Source: Strigamia acuminata (taxonomy: Eukaryota). From it: a DNA stretch of 64,000 nt. Both the position numbers and the translations under genes were made by a program. The notes below the pieces were generated by a model. The model worked only from the letters and a program-made list of their open reading frames with translations. It searched no databases and was not told the origin of the DNA. Location: NCBI GenBank assembly GCA_949358305.1, contig OX442314.1:9362001-9426000 (forward strand). Reading direction: 5' to 3'. This document shows, one piece after another, positions 63,190-64,000 of this stretch (positions are counted from its first letter, which is position 1; every line of letters begins with the position of its first letter).

Positions 63190-63890
63190 ATTTTTTCGAT
63201 GGTTTTCATCATTATTTTGATGTTTTTAATAAATTTTCGATGTTTTTCATCATTTTTTCGATGTTTTAATCATTATTTCGATGTTTCTCATCATTTTTTG
63301 ATGTTTTTCATCATTTTTTCGATGTTTTTCATTATTTTTTCGATGTTTTTCATCATTTTTTCGATGTTTCTCATCATTTTTTTGATGTTTTTCATCAGTA
63401 TTTCGATGTTTTTAATAAATTTTTGATGTTTTTCACTTTTTTTTCGATATTTTCCACAATTTTTTCAATAAATTTTTTATGTTTTTCACAATTTTTTAGA
63501 TATTTTCCACAATTTTTTCAATGTTTTCATCCATTTTGATGTTTTCTACCTTTTTTTCGATATTTTCCACAATTTTTTCAATGTTTTCATCCATTTTGAT
63601 GTTTTCAACCTTTTTTTCGATATTTTCCACAATTTTTTCAATGTTTTCATCCATTTTGATGTTTTCTACCTTTTTTAAATCAATTTTCTAAGTTTTCCTC
63701 ATTTTCATAATTTTTTTTGATATTTTCCTATGTTTTCCTTATTTTATCGAGGTTTTTTCTTCTTTTTTCATCATTACTTCGATGTTTTTCATCATTTTTG
63801 ATGTTTTCACAATTTTTTCGATATTTTTCACAATTTTCTCGATGTTTTTCATCCTTTTTGATGTTTTTCCTCATTTTTCGATATTTTCCT
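63190..63890. repeat. T-rich minisatellite (TTCGATGTTTTTCATCATTTT) and 60-bp derivative
   Basis: Tandem degenerate copies. Confidence 0.85.
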
Positions 63891-64000
63891 CTTTTCTTCA
63901 ACAGTTTCCTTCGACCCGAAATCAATTTGATTTTTTCCTATTTTTATTCGATTTTATTTCCGATTATTTCCAACATTTTTCCGATGTATTCAACAATTTT

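Overview
AT-rich, intron/intergenic-like DNA from a eukaryote, most likely a bilaterian invertebrate (GT-AG introns; CTCF-, NRF1-, ETS- and YY1-like motifs). Supported coding content: (1) a two-exon gene, missed by the ORF track, for an 87-aa secreted inhibitor-cystine-knot (knottin) peptide (3868-4512); (2) an intact, very young Ty3/Gypsy (Mag-like) LTR retrotransposon (14482-19204) with identical LTRs and a 5-bp TSD; (3) a solitary divergent histone H2B (K120R, acidic C-terminal tail, no stem-loop) enclosed by ~130-bp inverted repeats; (4) a GC-rich coding exon (59321-59901, minus strand) lying wholly inside a Mutator/Foldback-like element with a perfect 9-bp TSD, i.e. a Pack-MULE-like exon capture. 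The rest is MITEs, retroelement remnants and many minisatellites. Across the window, G/T-rich tracts are repeatedly followed by C/A-rich tracts, often switching at a minisatellite. All alignments and counts were done by eye; no database search was run.
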